This document shows, one piece after another, positions 43,163 through 51,882 of a stretch of DNA of 64,000 bases. Numbering within the stretch: position 1 is the first letter of the stretch; every line of letters begins with the position of its first letter. The notes under the pieces are model-generated. The model had not been told where the DNA came from and ran no database searches. It worked only from the letters and a program-made list of their open reading frames with translations. Source of the DNA: an uncultured Methanosarcinales archaeon (lineage in GTDB: Archaea > Nanobdellota > Nanobdellia > Woesearchaeales > GW2011-AR9); assembly GCA_964343575.1 (NCBI GenBank), contig CAYFJV010000001.1, positions 91,402-155,401 of the forward strand. Direction: 5' to 3'. The translations under genes and the position numbers were made by a program.

Positions 43163-43842
43163 TTTTTGTAGTAAAGTTTAGCTAGCCTCCTTGGAGAAAC
43201 TCCTGCGGTAAAGAGAAGCATAATGAGTCGGTTCTTAAACATGGTCTTCCAAATGCCTTGTTTAAGATACCTTCTTGGAGATGATTTGACTTTACTTTTT
43301 AAGATCTTCACTCTTCCTTTTTTCTTTTTGATTCTTTGCATAAGTTCAACGTCTTCTAGTAGGAGAAGTTCCTTGTAGCCACCTATTTCTTTGAAGTAGT
43401 CTTTTCTTATGAAAATTGCTTGATCTCCATATGGGATTTTATTTTTTCTTGAGCGCATTGAAGTTGTCCAAGAAAAAAATTTGAGTGGCCATTTTTTTGA
43501 ATCAATCTTAAGAGAAAAAGCTCCTGCTTGAAGATCTTGCTTAATGATTGTGTTTTTGACCTCTTCCAGGCCCTTTTTTGGTAAGCTTGTATCCGCGTGT
43601 AAGAAGAGAAGAATTTCTCCTCTCGCTTGCTTTGCTCCAAAATTCATTTGCTTGGCTCTTCCTTTTGGACTTTGCAGAACCTTGATTCTCTTGTCTTTGT
43701 TTTTTATTGGCTTGAGTTTTCCATGATTTGCAATGATGATCTCGAGAGGAGTGGGTTTTTGTTTGAGAAGTTTGTTTATTTGTGAGTTAATATCTCCCTC
43801 GTTGTAGGTGGGAACAATCACAGAAATACTTTGTACTTGCAT
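43159..43842 (-). CDS. family-2 glycosyltransferase
   Basis: 227 aa. ISVIVPTYNEGD near the N-terminus, LLFLHADT and YGDQAIF are GT2 (GT-A) features. Confidence 0.7.
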   Translation of the reverse strand: MQVQSISVIVPTYNEGDINSQINKLLKQKPTPLEIIIANHGKLKPIKNKDKRIKVLQSPKGRAKQMNFGAKQARGEILLFLHADTSLPKKGLEEVKNTIIKQDLQAGAFSLKIDSKKWPLKFFSWTTSMRSRKNKIPYGDQAIFIRKDYFKEIGGYKELLLLEDVELMQRIKKKKGRVKILKSKVKSSPRRYLKQGIWKTMFKNRLIMLLFTAGVSPRRLAKLYYKK

Positions 43843-43959
43843 AGAGAAGGAGCTTGAGTTTTAGTTTTTAAGCTTTTGTTTGAATTAAGAAAATAAAAAG
43901 TAGTATGAAGTGGAGGAAAAAGAATTGATTAAAAAGAGAAAAAAAATTGAAGATCAAGA

Positions 43960-44535
43960 CTAATGTCTTCTCTTGTTAGCCCTTCTGCTTGGACGAGCTT
44001 TCTCGTAGCCTTTCCCTTTTCCAGTTAGGCCACGCATTTTTCTTCCTGCAGAAGTTTTCCCGCTAAAGACTCTACTATGGTGCTTTTTCTTCTTTAGCCA
44101 AGCTAATTTTTCATCAGATTTGATCACTGGGTGATTTGGATCAATCATGATCACTTCAAACCAGTAATATTTTCCGTCTTGAGCTACCCAGTAAGAGTTA
44201 AGCACAGTTAGGTTTTTGAACTTTTTTGCTGCACGCTCTTCTGCAATTACTTGATAGTTCTTTCTTAATGTTAATCTTGTAGTAAATCGTTTTGGCCTTC
44301 GTCCACCAGAAGCTTTTGGTTTGGTGTGTCCTCCACGCAGAACTCTTTGTCTTACTACCACATATCCTTGCTTTGCTTTGTAGCCAAGGTTTCTTGCCCT
44401 ATCAATTCTGGTAGGTCTATGAATTTTAAGTGTAGAAGGTTCTCTTCTCCAAGCAATGAGTCTTTCTTTCCAAAGCTCGCCAAGGTTGGTTTTAGGCTTT
44501 TTCCAAGCCTCTCTCATGTATTTGTATAATCCCAT
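43960..44535 (-). CDS. rpl15e: 50S ribosomal protein L15e
   Basis: [15 protein letters not shown]...[30 protein letters not shown] is unmistakably eL15. Confidence 0.92.
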   Translation of the reverse strand: MGLYKYMREAWKKPKTNLGELWKERLIAWRREPSTLKIHRPTRIDRARNLGYKAKQGYVVVRQRVLRGGHTKPKASGGRRPKRFTTRLTLRKNYQVIAEERAAKKFKNLTVLNSYWVAQDGKYYWFEVIMIDPNHPVIKSDEKLAWLKKKKHHSRVFSGKTSAGRKMRGLTGKGKGYEKARPSRRANKRRH

Positions 44536-44552
44536 TTTCTGTAACTCCCATT

Positions 44553-44618
44553 ATACAAAGAAACCAGAAAACCACTGACTTTAGTCGATGGATGAATGGT
44601 CCATCTGGTTTCTTGTAT
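44553..44618. other. structured inverted-repeat element E1 (closing 14-bp stem, internal hairpin with TTTA loop, GATGAATG)
   Basis: ATACAAAGAAACCAG (44553-67) pairs with CTGGTTTCTTGTAT (44605-18) with one bulged A. Inside is CCACTGAC-TTTA-GTCGATGG followed by ATGAATGG. It shares CTGACTTTAGT and GATGAATG with the element at 54369-54432. Confidence 0.4.
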
Positions 44619-44621
44619 CCT

Positions 44622-44699
44622 AAAAATCTGCATTAAGGTGTAAGTGTCCAGTACAAACCTTGCACTTTAGTGCATGGTTGGACACCTACGCAGATTTTT
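44622..44699. other. structured inverted-repeat element E2 (10-bp A/T-flanked closing stem, nested helices, TTTA-loop hairpin)
   Basis: AAAAATCTGC (44622-31) pairs with GCAGATTTTT (44690-99). Nested GTGTCCA (44644-50) pairs with TGGACAC (44679-85). Innermost hairpin TGCAC-TTTA-GTGCA (44661-74). Oligo-T runs follow the stem on both strands. Confidence 0.4.
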
Positions 44700-44799
44700 A
44701 TGATTTTGTTGTTTTTTGAAGCTTTATTTCTTTTGCTTCCTTATCGGATTCAGGCAGGTTAGGGCCCACATTTCCAATTCCTGTGCTTCTCTTAGGCTT

Positions 44800-44814
44800 C
44801 TTTATAAAGCTTTC
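44800..44814 (-). promoter_or_regulatory. BRE/TATA promoter word GAAAGCTTTATAAAG (minus strand), pointing toward E2/E1 and rpl15e
   Basis: The plus strand reads CTTTATAAAGCTTTC, the exact reverse complement of the 15-mer found upstream of rpoL (56590-56604) and of the S13 operon (58494-58508). The predicted start is near 44776, about 240 nt upstream of the L15e ATG. Confidence 0.5.
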
Positions 44815-44881
44815 TTTGCTTGTTCTCTGTATGGTCTCTCCTTTAATTCCCTTATAAACCTAAAGTTAAGCTAAAATCCTG

Positions 44882-45757
44882 ATGAGATTTTATAAACAGG
44901 CCATCTTTGGCAAACTTATGTCTTCTTTTTCCATGTACAGAACTCTTGAGACTCTTTGTGGAGAGACTACTAATGTTGGAAGAGGAAATGTTATTTTAGA
45001 AGTTCTTGATACTATTAGTGCCCCTTATCGTGTTCAAGATTTTGATGATGAAGGTGTCCCCTATAGAAATATTATTGTTTCTTTGAGGCAAGGATCAATT
45101 GGTCCGAGGATAGCGGTCACCGCCCATTATGATAGGGTACTTGCAGGAGAAGGGGCTTTGGATAATGGAGCTGCGGTGGTTGAGATTTTAGGAACAATTG
45201 AATATTTCATTCGCACAGGAGCTTCTTGTCATGTAGATTTCATTTTCTTTGATGCTGAAGAAGAAGGATGTGTTGGATCTGATAATTATGTTCTTCGTCT
45301 TCCCTCAAGTTATTTTGCAGCGGTCTATAACCTAGATATGGTTGGAAATGGTAGATGTTTATTGGTTCCTAATAACTCTCTTAACGGAGATGGTGGGGTT
45401 GTCGGGTTAGATAGGTCTCTTCAGAGAAGAGTTTGGGAGCTGAGTTCTAGGCTTTCCTTATCTTTTTCCTCTTGTCACCTTTATGGATTGAGTGACCATA
45501 TCCCTTTTGAAGCCAAGAGAATTCCATCGACAGTTCTCTTCACTCTTCCTTGTGAAGAGGTTTGCCCAGAGTTTCTTAGAGGAAACTTGGAAAGTTCAGC
45601 AACTTTTCGAAAGATTAATTCTGGAGAAGATCGTTTCTCTGAAATTGAAGAAGAGACTCTTCTTAGAATGAGAGAGTTTCTTGTTGCTCTTGTTACTTCC
45701 CATGTTCCCTCCTCTCGAGAGAGGAAGAGGAGAAGATTGGCTTTTCAAGAGTATTAG
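44882..45757 (+). CDS. M28-family metallopeptidase-like protein
   Basis: RIAVTAHYDRV, ALDNGAAVVEILG, FIFFDAEEEGCVGS, NLDMVG and LSDHIPF correspond to the M28 His/Asp/Glu zinc ligands. CTTATAAA lies 23 nt upstream of the ATG. Confidence 0.6.
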   Translation: MRFYKQAIFGKLMSSFSMYRTLETLCGETTNVGRGNVILEVLDTISAPYRVQDFDDEGVPYRNIIVSLRQGSIGPRIAVTAHYDRVLAGEGALDNGAAVVEILGTIEYFIRTGASCHVDFIFFDAEEEGCVGSDNYVLRLPSSYFAAVYNLDMVGNGRCLLVPNNSLNGDGGVVGLDRSLQRRVWELSSRLSLSFSSCHLYGLSDHIPFEAKRIPSTVLFTLPCEEVCPEFLRGNLESSATFRKINSGEDRFSEIEEETLLRMREFLVALVTSHVPSSRERKRRRLAFQEY

Positions 45758-45922
45758 GAGCACCATCTTTTGGGAATCTAGCTTGCTGTTTAACAGAATT
45801 TATATAGTTCTTCCTCTCTCTTTTCTTAGTGCATTGTAAGTTGATTACAGAGTTGTGAAAAGTGATAGATTTACGTGACTCAAACATGCTTAAACAAATT
45901 TAATGGAAGGTGATGTAGTGCA

Positions 45923-47047
45923 ATGACAATAAGTTCTTTAGTAGCAAACGATTTTTTAGCCTTTGATGCAGATGAGAGTGTGGGGGCAATGCTTGGCCAG
46001 CTTAAATTAAGCGGTAGGAGAAGTGGTCTTGTCTTTAAAGATGGGAATTATAATGGTATCATTAACCGCCGTAGTCTTTTGAAATCTCGTTTAGCCGATG
46101 TTGATGTTCGTTTAGCGAAGTGTACCACTAAAACACCAATCATTTCTCATAACCTGGGGGTCTTGGAAACAGCAAAGTTGATGCACGAGAGCAATCTACG
46201 TTTTCTTCCTGTTGAGATTGATGGAGATATTGTCGGAGTAGTAAACGCACTTGATCTCTTGAGAGAGGCTAGTGGGTTAGAAGAGGTACAGAGTCTTCGT
46301 GTGGGAGATCTTAAGCTTGCAAAGCCAAGTCCTCTCAAAGAAGATGATAAACTTTCTCGAGCATTGAGTACCATGCAAAAGGAAAAGGTAGACCATTTAC
46401 CTATCTTCTCTGGACGTAAATTGCAAGGAGTTATTAGTATTCGTGACTTAATGGATTATTTTATCTACAAGAGGAAACGACCTTCTGGATCCCATACGGG
46501 GGGAGCAGTTCGAAGCAAAGCAGCAGCAGTTGATAGGGTTCGTGTTTCCTCTCTCCCTGTGATCTCCTTTGCCACAACTGAGGGAATCAAAACTGTGCAC
46601 CGTGATGATAGCTTGGTTACTGCAATCAAGCTTATGCATAAGTACAATGTGCGTGATCTTGTTGTTCAAGAAAATGATCGTGTCTATGGACTTGTAACTG
46701 TAAAAAACATTTTAGCGAGTCTTGCTGGTTTGCAGCGAGCAGATGGAGTTTCTTTAGAGTTAGTAGGTTTAAGAAAAACTTCTTTGCTTCCTTCTGAGGT
46801 TGCCAAAGTTGAGAAAGCAATTCAATTAGAGATGAAACGCTTTTTGCGTAAGAAAGGTGGATCAGCTCGTTTGAAAATTCATGTCAAAGAGAGTAAGAAA
46901 AAAGGTTCTCAACATATGTTCACAGTGAGTATGCGTCTAGAGGGTAATGGTAAGGTGGCAAGCTCTTCCCAAGAAGATTGGGATGTAGTTAAGGCGGTTC
47001 GCAAGTGCTTTTCTCAAGTGCGCTCTGATGTGAAGAGAAGAAAGTGA
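45923..47047 (+). CDS. protein with four CBS domains and an HPF/RaiA-like C-terminal domain (C-terminal call tentative)
   Basis: Repeated CBS-type segments (GIINRRSLL, VGVVNALDLL, QGVISIRDLM, YGLVTVKNIL). The C-terminal ~100 aa (LKIHVKESKKKGSQHMFTVSMRLEGNGKVASSSQEDWDVVKAVRKCFSQV) resemble ribosome hibernation factor topology. Confidence 0.6.
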   Translation: MTISSLVANDFLAFDADESVGAMLGQLKLSGRRSGLVFKDGNYNGIINRRSLLKSRLADVDVRLAKCTTKTPIISHNLGVLETAKLMHESNLRFLPVEIDGDIVGVVNALDLLREASGLEEVQSLRVGDLKLAKPSPLKEDDKLSRALSTMQKEKVDHLPIFSGRKLQGVISIRDLMDYFIYKRKRPSGSHTGGAVRSKAAAVDRVRVSSLPVISFATTEGIKTVHRDDSLVTAIKLMHKYNVRDLVVQENDRVYGLVTVKNILASLAGLQRADGVSLELVGLRKTSLLPSEVAKVEKAIQLEMKRFLRKKGGSARLKIHVKESKKKGSQHMFTVSMRLEGNGKVASSSQEDWDVVKAVRKCFSQVRSDVKRRK

Positions 47048-47086
47048 GGTCTTTTGTGTGGGGCTGTATTTTTTGAAATTTTTGAA

Positions 47087-47752
47087 ATGGCGGCTAAAAG
47101 ACAAAACGAGCCTTTGAGTAGTTTTAGCCATTTTCTGGCTTTTCTTTTTTCTATTGTCGGTTTAGTTCTTTTGATAGTTTACTCTGCACTTTATGGAAGC
47201 GCTTGGCATATTATTGGTTTTACTGTCTTTGGAATAAGTTTAGTTTTGCTCTATCTTTCAAGTGCACTGTATCACTTCTTTTGTCGCACGGGAAAGTGTA
47301 AACGGGTGTTTCGAAGAATTGATCATTCTATGATTTATGTCTTGATAGCTGGTACTTATACTCCTGTTTGTTTGACAGTACTTCGTGGAGCGCTTGGTTG
47401 GACACTTTTTGGAGTAATATGGGCTTTGGCAATTTTGGGAGTTGTTTGGAAATCTTGTGGTTTGCAAGTTAAAGGTTGGATCTCTGCTTTATTTTACATC
47501 TTTATGGGTTGGCTTTCTTTGATTGCAACTTTTCCTTTGCTTGAAGAATTACCTTTGGATGGATTTTTTTGGTTAGTTTTGGGTGGGGTGTTGTATACAG
47601 TTGGAGCAATTTTCTTTGGAGTTGACACACTTGTGAAAGGAGAGTTAAGAAAAAGATTGTGGGTTACTTTTCATGATGTCTTTCATCTCTTTGTAATCGC
47701 AGGGAGTTTGAGTCATTTTTGGTTTATGATTCATTATGTGTTGTATTTGTAA
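47087..47752 (+). CDS. hemolysin III / PAQR-family membrane protein
   Basis: FRRIDHSMIYVLIAGTYTP and FHDVFHLFVIAGSLSHF are PAQR/HlyIII hallmarks. Seven hydrophobic helices. ATG 47087 is preferred over GTG 47054. Confidence 0.8.
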   Translation: MAAKRQNEPLSSFSHFLAFLFSIVGLVLLIVYSALYGSAWHIIGFTVFGISLVLLYLSSALYHFFCRTGKCKRVFRRIDHSMIYVLIAGTYTPVCLTVLRGALGWTLFGVIWALAILGVVWKSCGLQVKGWISALFYIFMGWLSLIATFPLLEELPLDGFFWLVLGGVLYTVGAIFFGVDTLVKGELRKRLWVTFHDVFHLFVIAGSLSHFWFMIHYVLYL

Positions 47753-47827
47753 TGTGTTTTGAAAAAGAGATTGTAATGGGAAACTTATTTAAACTGGCTT
47801 TCTTGTTTCTGGCTTGGTTTGTTTATC

Positions 47828-48577
47828 ATGGGAAATCGAATTACTGCTCAATATGCAATTAAGTCCGTTGTTAGGGATACACCAGACACTGTTGTGCTTA
47901 CTTTCTCTGCTCTTGGTGGTGAAAAAATGGAGTTTTACCCAGGACAATTTGTTATGTTGAAGTTCCCAGTTTCAAGTGAGCTGAGTAATGATGGTAAAGC
48001 AAAGGATGTGAAGCGAGCATATTCTATTGGTTCTTCTCCTCTTTCTTCTGAGATTGTTTTGTATGTTAAAGAGATGCCTGAAGGTTTTGTGAGCAAAGAA
48101 TTGCAGCAGGTGGTTGTTGGTGTGGAGTTTGAGCTGAGTGGTCCTTTTGGTCACTTTTATTTTGATGAAGAAAAGCCAGAGCAACAAGAGATTGTTTTGC
48201 TTGGTGCTGGTTCTGGAGTTGCACCTTTTCTTTCTATGGTAGAATATATCACTGCAAAGGGCCTGGGAACTAAGGTAAATGTGTTTTGTAGTCATAAAAC
48301 TGAAGCAGACATTATTGGTCGTGAGATTTTTGAGCGAGTGGCTGAACAAAATGGGAATGTTCGTTTACATTTTCATTGTACTCGAGATAAGAACTGGTCG
48401 GGCACTTGTGAGCGTATTAGTGAAGGCCATTTGAAAAACCATCTTGGTGGGCTCGATGGGATGAAGAAGAAGACTTATTTTTTGTGTGGTCCTATGGCTT
48501 TTGTGAAAGCTATGAAAATGTTGCTTATTTCTCTAGGTGTTGATAAGGGAATGATTAAGCAAGAAGTCTATGGGTAG
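47828..48577 (+). CDS. ferredoxin-NADP reductase-like FAD/NAD(P)-binding oxidoreductase
   Basis: RAYSIGSSP (R-x-Y-S FAD motif), LLGAGSGVAPFLSM (NAD(P) binding) and the C-terminal FLCGPMAFV. No C-terminal Fe-S Cys cluster. Confidence 0.7.
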   Translation: MGNRITAQYAIKSVVRDTPDTVVLTFSALGGEKMEFYPGQFVMLKFPVSSELSNDGKAKDVKRAYSIGSSPLSSEIVLYVKEMPEGFVSKELQQVVVGVEFELSGPFGHFYFDEEKPEQQEIVLLGAGSGVAPFLSMVEYITAKGLGTKVNVFCSHKTEADIIGREIFERVAEQNGNVRLHFHCTRDKNWSGTCERISEGHLKNHLGGLDGMKKKTYFLCGPMAFVKAMKMLLISLGVDKGMIKQEVYG

Positions 48578-48586
48578 TTTGCTTTT

Positions 48587-48970
48587 TCATACGACTTCTA
48601 CGATTCTTTTTTCAAGTGGTGTTAATTGAATCTCTGCTAAAGGAATCAGTCCTTTTGGAAACTCATATTCCTCTTCGGCTAATTGACATTCTAGGAGTTT
48701 TCCTGTCTTTAAATGAGCTAAGGCAAGTTCGTAATCTCTGGGATCATTTCCTAAAATCTGATATCTGTCCTGACCATCTCTTGTTCCAATTCTCCTGACT
48801 TGTACTGGTTTATCAAAATAGTGCTCTTTTCCTGGTTGTTTTCTTCGATGCGTGGTTATATCCTCTACAAAATCTCTAATTCCTTGTTCAGAACAAGATT
48901 CAATGCTCCCATAAAATGTTGTTTCACTTAGATCTAACAGAATGCAGAGGCCTTCGTAACGAATGGGCAT
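48587..48970 (-). CDS. hypothetical protein
   Basis: 127-aa ORF with normal composition. No motif recognised. Confidence 0.4.
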   Translation of the reverse strand: MPIRYEGLCILLDLSETTFYGSIESCSEQGIRDFVEDITTHRRKQPGKEHYFDKPVQVRRIGTRDGQDRYQILGNDPRDYELALAHLKTGKLLECQLAEEEYEFPKGLIPLAEIQLTPLEKRIVEVV

Positions 48971-49010
48971 ATTTCTTTTTTAACCTGTTTTTTTATAAGC
49001 GTTTATGAGG

Positions 49011-49025
49011 AAAAGCTTTAAATAG
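49011..49025 (+). promoter_or_regulatory. BRE/TATA promoter (AAAAGCTTTAAATAG) for rtcB
   Basis: The TATA core TTTAAATA ends 23 nt upstream of ATG 49048. It carries the same AAGCTT+TATA word as other promoters here and implies a leaderless mRNA. Confidence 0.5.
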
Positions 49026-49047
49026 CGCTCTTTGGCTTTGTCCTTTC

Positions 49048-50520
49048 ATGCGAGGCGACGATATTCCAACACCAACATTTACTGATGTGACTGAACATAT
49101 TCACGAAATTTCTTGTGATTACAAAGAAGGCATGCGAGTTCCAGCTAGAATTTATGCCTCTCCAGAATTAATGGAGCACATGGACAAAGGGGTGTTCAAT
49201 CAAGTAACTAATGTTGCAACCCTTCCAGGGATTTGTAAGTTCTCTTATTGTATGCCAGATGCGCATTGGGGTTATGGTTTTCCCATTGGAGGAGTAGCTG
49301 CTTTTGATGTAGAGAATGGTGGCGTGATTAGTCCAGGCGGGATTGGTTTTGATATCAATTGTGGGATGAGACTTATTGTTACTAACTTGCATGTTGATGA
49401 AGTGCAACCAAAGATTAAGGAGCTTGTAGAATTGTTGTACAAGAAGGTTCCTGTTGGTGTTGGATGTAAAGGTACTGTACAAATTAGTCGTGATGAGTTT
49501 TCTTCAGTAATGGAGCAAGGTGCGCAATGGTGTTTGTCTCAAGGTTATGCTTGGGAAGAAGATATTGACCATATTGAAGATCGTGGGTGCATAGGCTGGG
49601 CTGATGCAAGTAAGGTAAGTGAGAAGGCAGTTAAGCGTGGCTTCAACCAGCTTGGAACACTTGGCTCAGGAAACCATTATTTAGAAATTCAGGTTGTTCG
49701 TGAAGGGAACATTTTTGAGAAGGAAATTGCTCAGAAGTTTGGTGTTACTTTTGATGGGCAAGTAGTTATTATGGTGCATTGTGGAAGCCGTGGCTTTGGT
49801 CACCAGATTGGAACAGATTATTTGCGTAAGTTTTTGGAAGTAATGCCAAAGTATGGTATTGCTGTTCGTGATAAAGAACTCGCTTGCGCACCATTCAAGA
49901 GTCCAGAAGGACAAGATTACTTTAAAGCAATGGCTTGCGCTGCAAATATGGCTTTTGCAAACCGTCAGGTAATTACTCATCGTATTCGTGAAGCTTTTGA
50001 AGAAATCTTTGGTAAGACTGCTCGTGAAATGGATATGAAATTAGTCTATGATGTTGCTCATAACATTGCAAAGCTTGAGAAACATGTTATTGATGGAGTT
50101 GAAAAGGAAGTACTTGTACATCGTAAGGGTGCAACACGTGCTTTCGGTCCAAGTCATGCAGATGAATTACCTGAAGCATATCGAGAAATCGGTCAACCGG
50201 TCATTTTAGGGGGAAGTATGGAGACAGGCAGTTATTTACTTGTTGGCACCGACAAATCTAATGAGACTTTTGGAAGTACTGCGCACGGTGCTGGAAGAGT
50301 GATGAGTCGTTTTGCAGCAAAGAAGAAGTGGAAAGGCGATGAGTTGCAAAAAAGTATGGAAGCTCGTGGTATTTACGTTAAGGCTGCTTCTATGAAAGGA
50401 CTTGCAGAAGAAGCTGGTGGAGCGTATAAAGATATCAATGTTGTTGTTGATACACTTGAGCAAACAGGAATTACTAAGAAAGTTGTTGCGCTGAAACCAA
50501 TTGGTAATGTGAAAGGGTAA
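49048..50520 (+). CDS. rtcB: RNA-splicing ligase RtcB
   Basis: GGIGFDINCGMR, GSGNHYLEIQ, HCGSRGFGHQ, AHNIA and HRKGATRA are the RtcB metal- and GMP-binding His/Cys motifs. Confidence 0.93.
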   Translation: MRGDDIPTPTFTDVTEHIHEISCDYKEGMRVPARIYASPELMEHMDKGVFNQVTNVATLPGICKFSYCMPDAHWGYGFPIGGVAAFDVENGGVISPGGIGFDINCGMRLIVTNLHVDEVQPKIKELVELLYKKVPVGVGCKGTVQISRDEFSSVMEQGAQWCLSQGYAWEEDIDHIEDRGCIGWADASKVSEKAVKRGFNQLGTLGSGNHYLEIQVVREGNIFEKEIAQKFGVTFDGQVVIMVHCGSRGFGHQIGTDYLRKFLEVMPKYGIAVRDKELACAPFKSPEGQDYFKAMACAANMAFANRQVITHRIREAFEEIFGKTAREMDMKLVYDVAHNIAKLEKHVIDGVEKEVLVHRKGATRAFGPSHADELPEAYREIGQPVILGGSMETGSYLLVGTDKSNETFGSTAHGAGRVMSRFAAKKKWKGDELQKSMEARGIYVKAASMKGLAEEAGGAYKDINVVVDTLEQTGITKKVVALKPIGNVKG

Positions 50521-50560
50521 GAGTTGTTTGCTGGATGCAGTATTGGTCATTTTCAAGATC

Positions 50561-51058
50561 ATGAAATATCTTCTCTATTTTAGGCCAGGCAGAGAATTGA
50601 GAACTCTTATCACTTCTCAGAATCATGTTTTTCTCCCGGGTTCTGGTTTGCATGCTACTCTTTGTTTTTTTTATATGTCTTCTGAGGATGAAGCTGCTTT
50701 GATCTCAGACTTGTTAAGAGTAGAATTTTCTCCTTTTACTGTAGAGACGGAGGACTTTGCTGATTTTGATAAAGATTCTTTAGTGTTGCGGTTATCACTC
50801 CCAAGAGAGCTCCTCAGGTTGCACACTACTCTTGTTTCACTTGTAAGTACTTATGCAACAGAAGAATTTGCTGAGTTAAGAGAGAGGTATTTTGGTGAGT
50901 GTTATAACCCTCATCTCACAATTTCACGTTCCTCTTCAGGTTTTGATCGAAGCTCAAGGATTTTACTTGGAAGAAGAGAATTAGTTTCTTCTTACTCTTT
51001 GGCTAGAAAGAAAGAAGGTGTTTGGGAAGATGTTGGGGTCTTTTACTCTTTAAATTGA
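50561..51058 (+). CDS. 2H phosphoesterase superfamily protein (LigT/2'-5' RNA ligase-like)
   Basis: Two H-x-T/S-x motifs at the expected spacing, GLHATLCFF and NPHLTISRS. About 165 aa from ATG 50561. It lies 40 nt downstream of rtcB. Confidence 0.6.
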   Translation: MKYLLYFRPGRELRTLITSQNHVFLPGSGLHATLCFFYMSSEDEAALISDLLRVEFSPFTVETEDFADFDKDSLVLRLSLPRELLRLHTTLVSLVSTYATEEFAELRERYFGECYNPHLTISRSSSGFDRSSRILLGRRELVSSYSLARKKEGVWEDVGVFYSLN

Positions 51059-51176
51059 CGCTAACTTTTCTTGTTTATACTCACAATACCTGTAAAAATA
51101 TTTCTTACTTGTTTTTCTTTATTTCCCCAAAGTTTAAGTTACTCTTTTTTTGCCTTGCGTTTAGTGACTTTTTGAT

Positions 51177-51842
51177 ATGAGAATGAAAGATATCCCTTGG
51201 TTTAACAGACCCTGGACAAAACTGAAAAGAAATGGTCCTGCTGCACTTGATGATGCAGAATTGCTTTCTCTTATCTTTATGCGAGGTAATGAGAAAGAGA
51301 ATGTACTTGATCTTTCTAACAGGTTACTTGCTAGATATAATTTACATCACTTCTCTGGGTGTAGTAGTGGGGAACTTAAGGATCTTCTTGGAGAGGAAGT
51401 AAAAGCCTACCAAGTACAAGGTTTGGGAGAATTGTTTAAACGTTACTCAAAGCTTAAAGAGAGAGGTTTTCGTAGTTCAGTAGAAACTGCTAAAGATGTT
51501 TTTGTTTATCTTAGAGAAGAGTTGCGAGATAAGAAAAAAGAACATTTGTACGCACTGTTGCTCGATTCTAAAAATAAGATCATTAAAACAAAATTGATCT
51601 CTATTGGTTCTTTGAATCAAAGTTTTGCACATCCTCGTGAAGTCTTTGCTCCTGCAATTCGTGAGGCAGCTCAGTCAATTATCTTGGTGCATAATCATCC
51701 TAGTGGAGATCCTCGTCCGAGCAAGGATGATATTCGCATCACTAAGAAATTACAGAAGGCGGGAGTTTTGCTTGGCATTAAAGTGATTGATCATGTGATC
51801 ATTGGTGATGAAAAATATTGGAGCTGGCTTGAGAGTAAGTAG
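51177..51842 (+). CDS. radC: RadC-like JAB-domain protein (UPF0758)
   Basis: The C-terminal IILVHNHPSGDPRPSKDDIRITKKL is the JAMM/RadC signature. The N-terminal part is HhH-like. Confidence 0.85.
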   Translation: MRMKDIPWFNRPWTKLKRNGPAALDDAELLSLIFMRGNEKENVLDLSNRLLARYNLHHFSGCSSGELKDLLGEEVKAYQVQGLGELFKRYSKLKERGFRSSVETAKDVFVYLREELRDKKKEHLYALLLDSKNKIIKTKLISIGSLNQSFAHPREVFAPAIREAAQSIILVHNHPSGDPRPSKDDIRITKKLQKAGVLLGIKVIDHVIIGDEKYWSWLESK

Positions 51843-51882
51843 TTCACTTTTTTGGGAAGTCTTTTAAAGAGGACAGGGGTTT

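Noticed and set aside
44553-44618. E1 as an archaeal C/D box sRNA (it contains CUGA and a GAUGA-like word)
   Set aside because: The order and spacing are wrong. There is no RUGAUGA box about 12 nt upstream of the CUGA and no terminal box D downstream. Only an imperfect D'/C'-like pair could be drawn.
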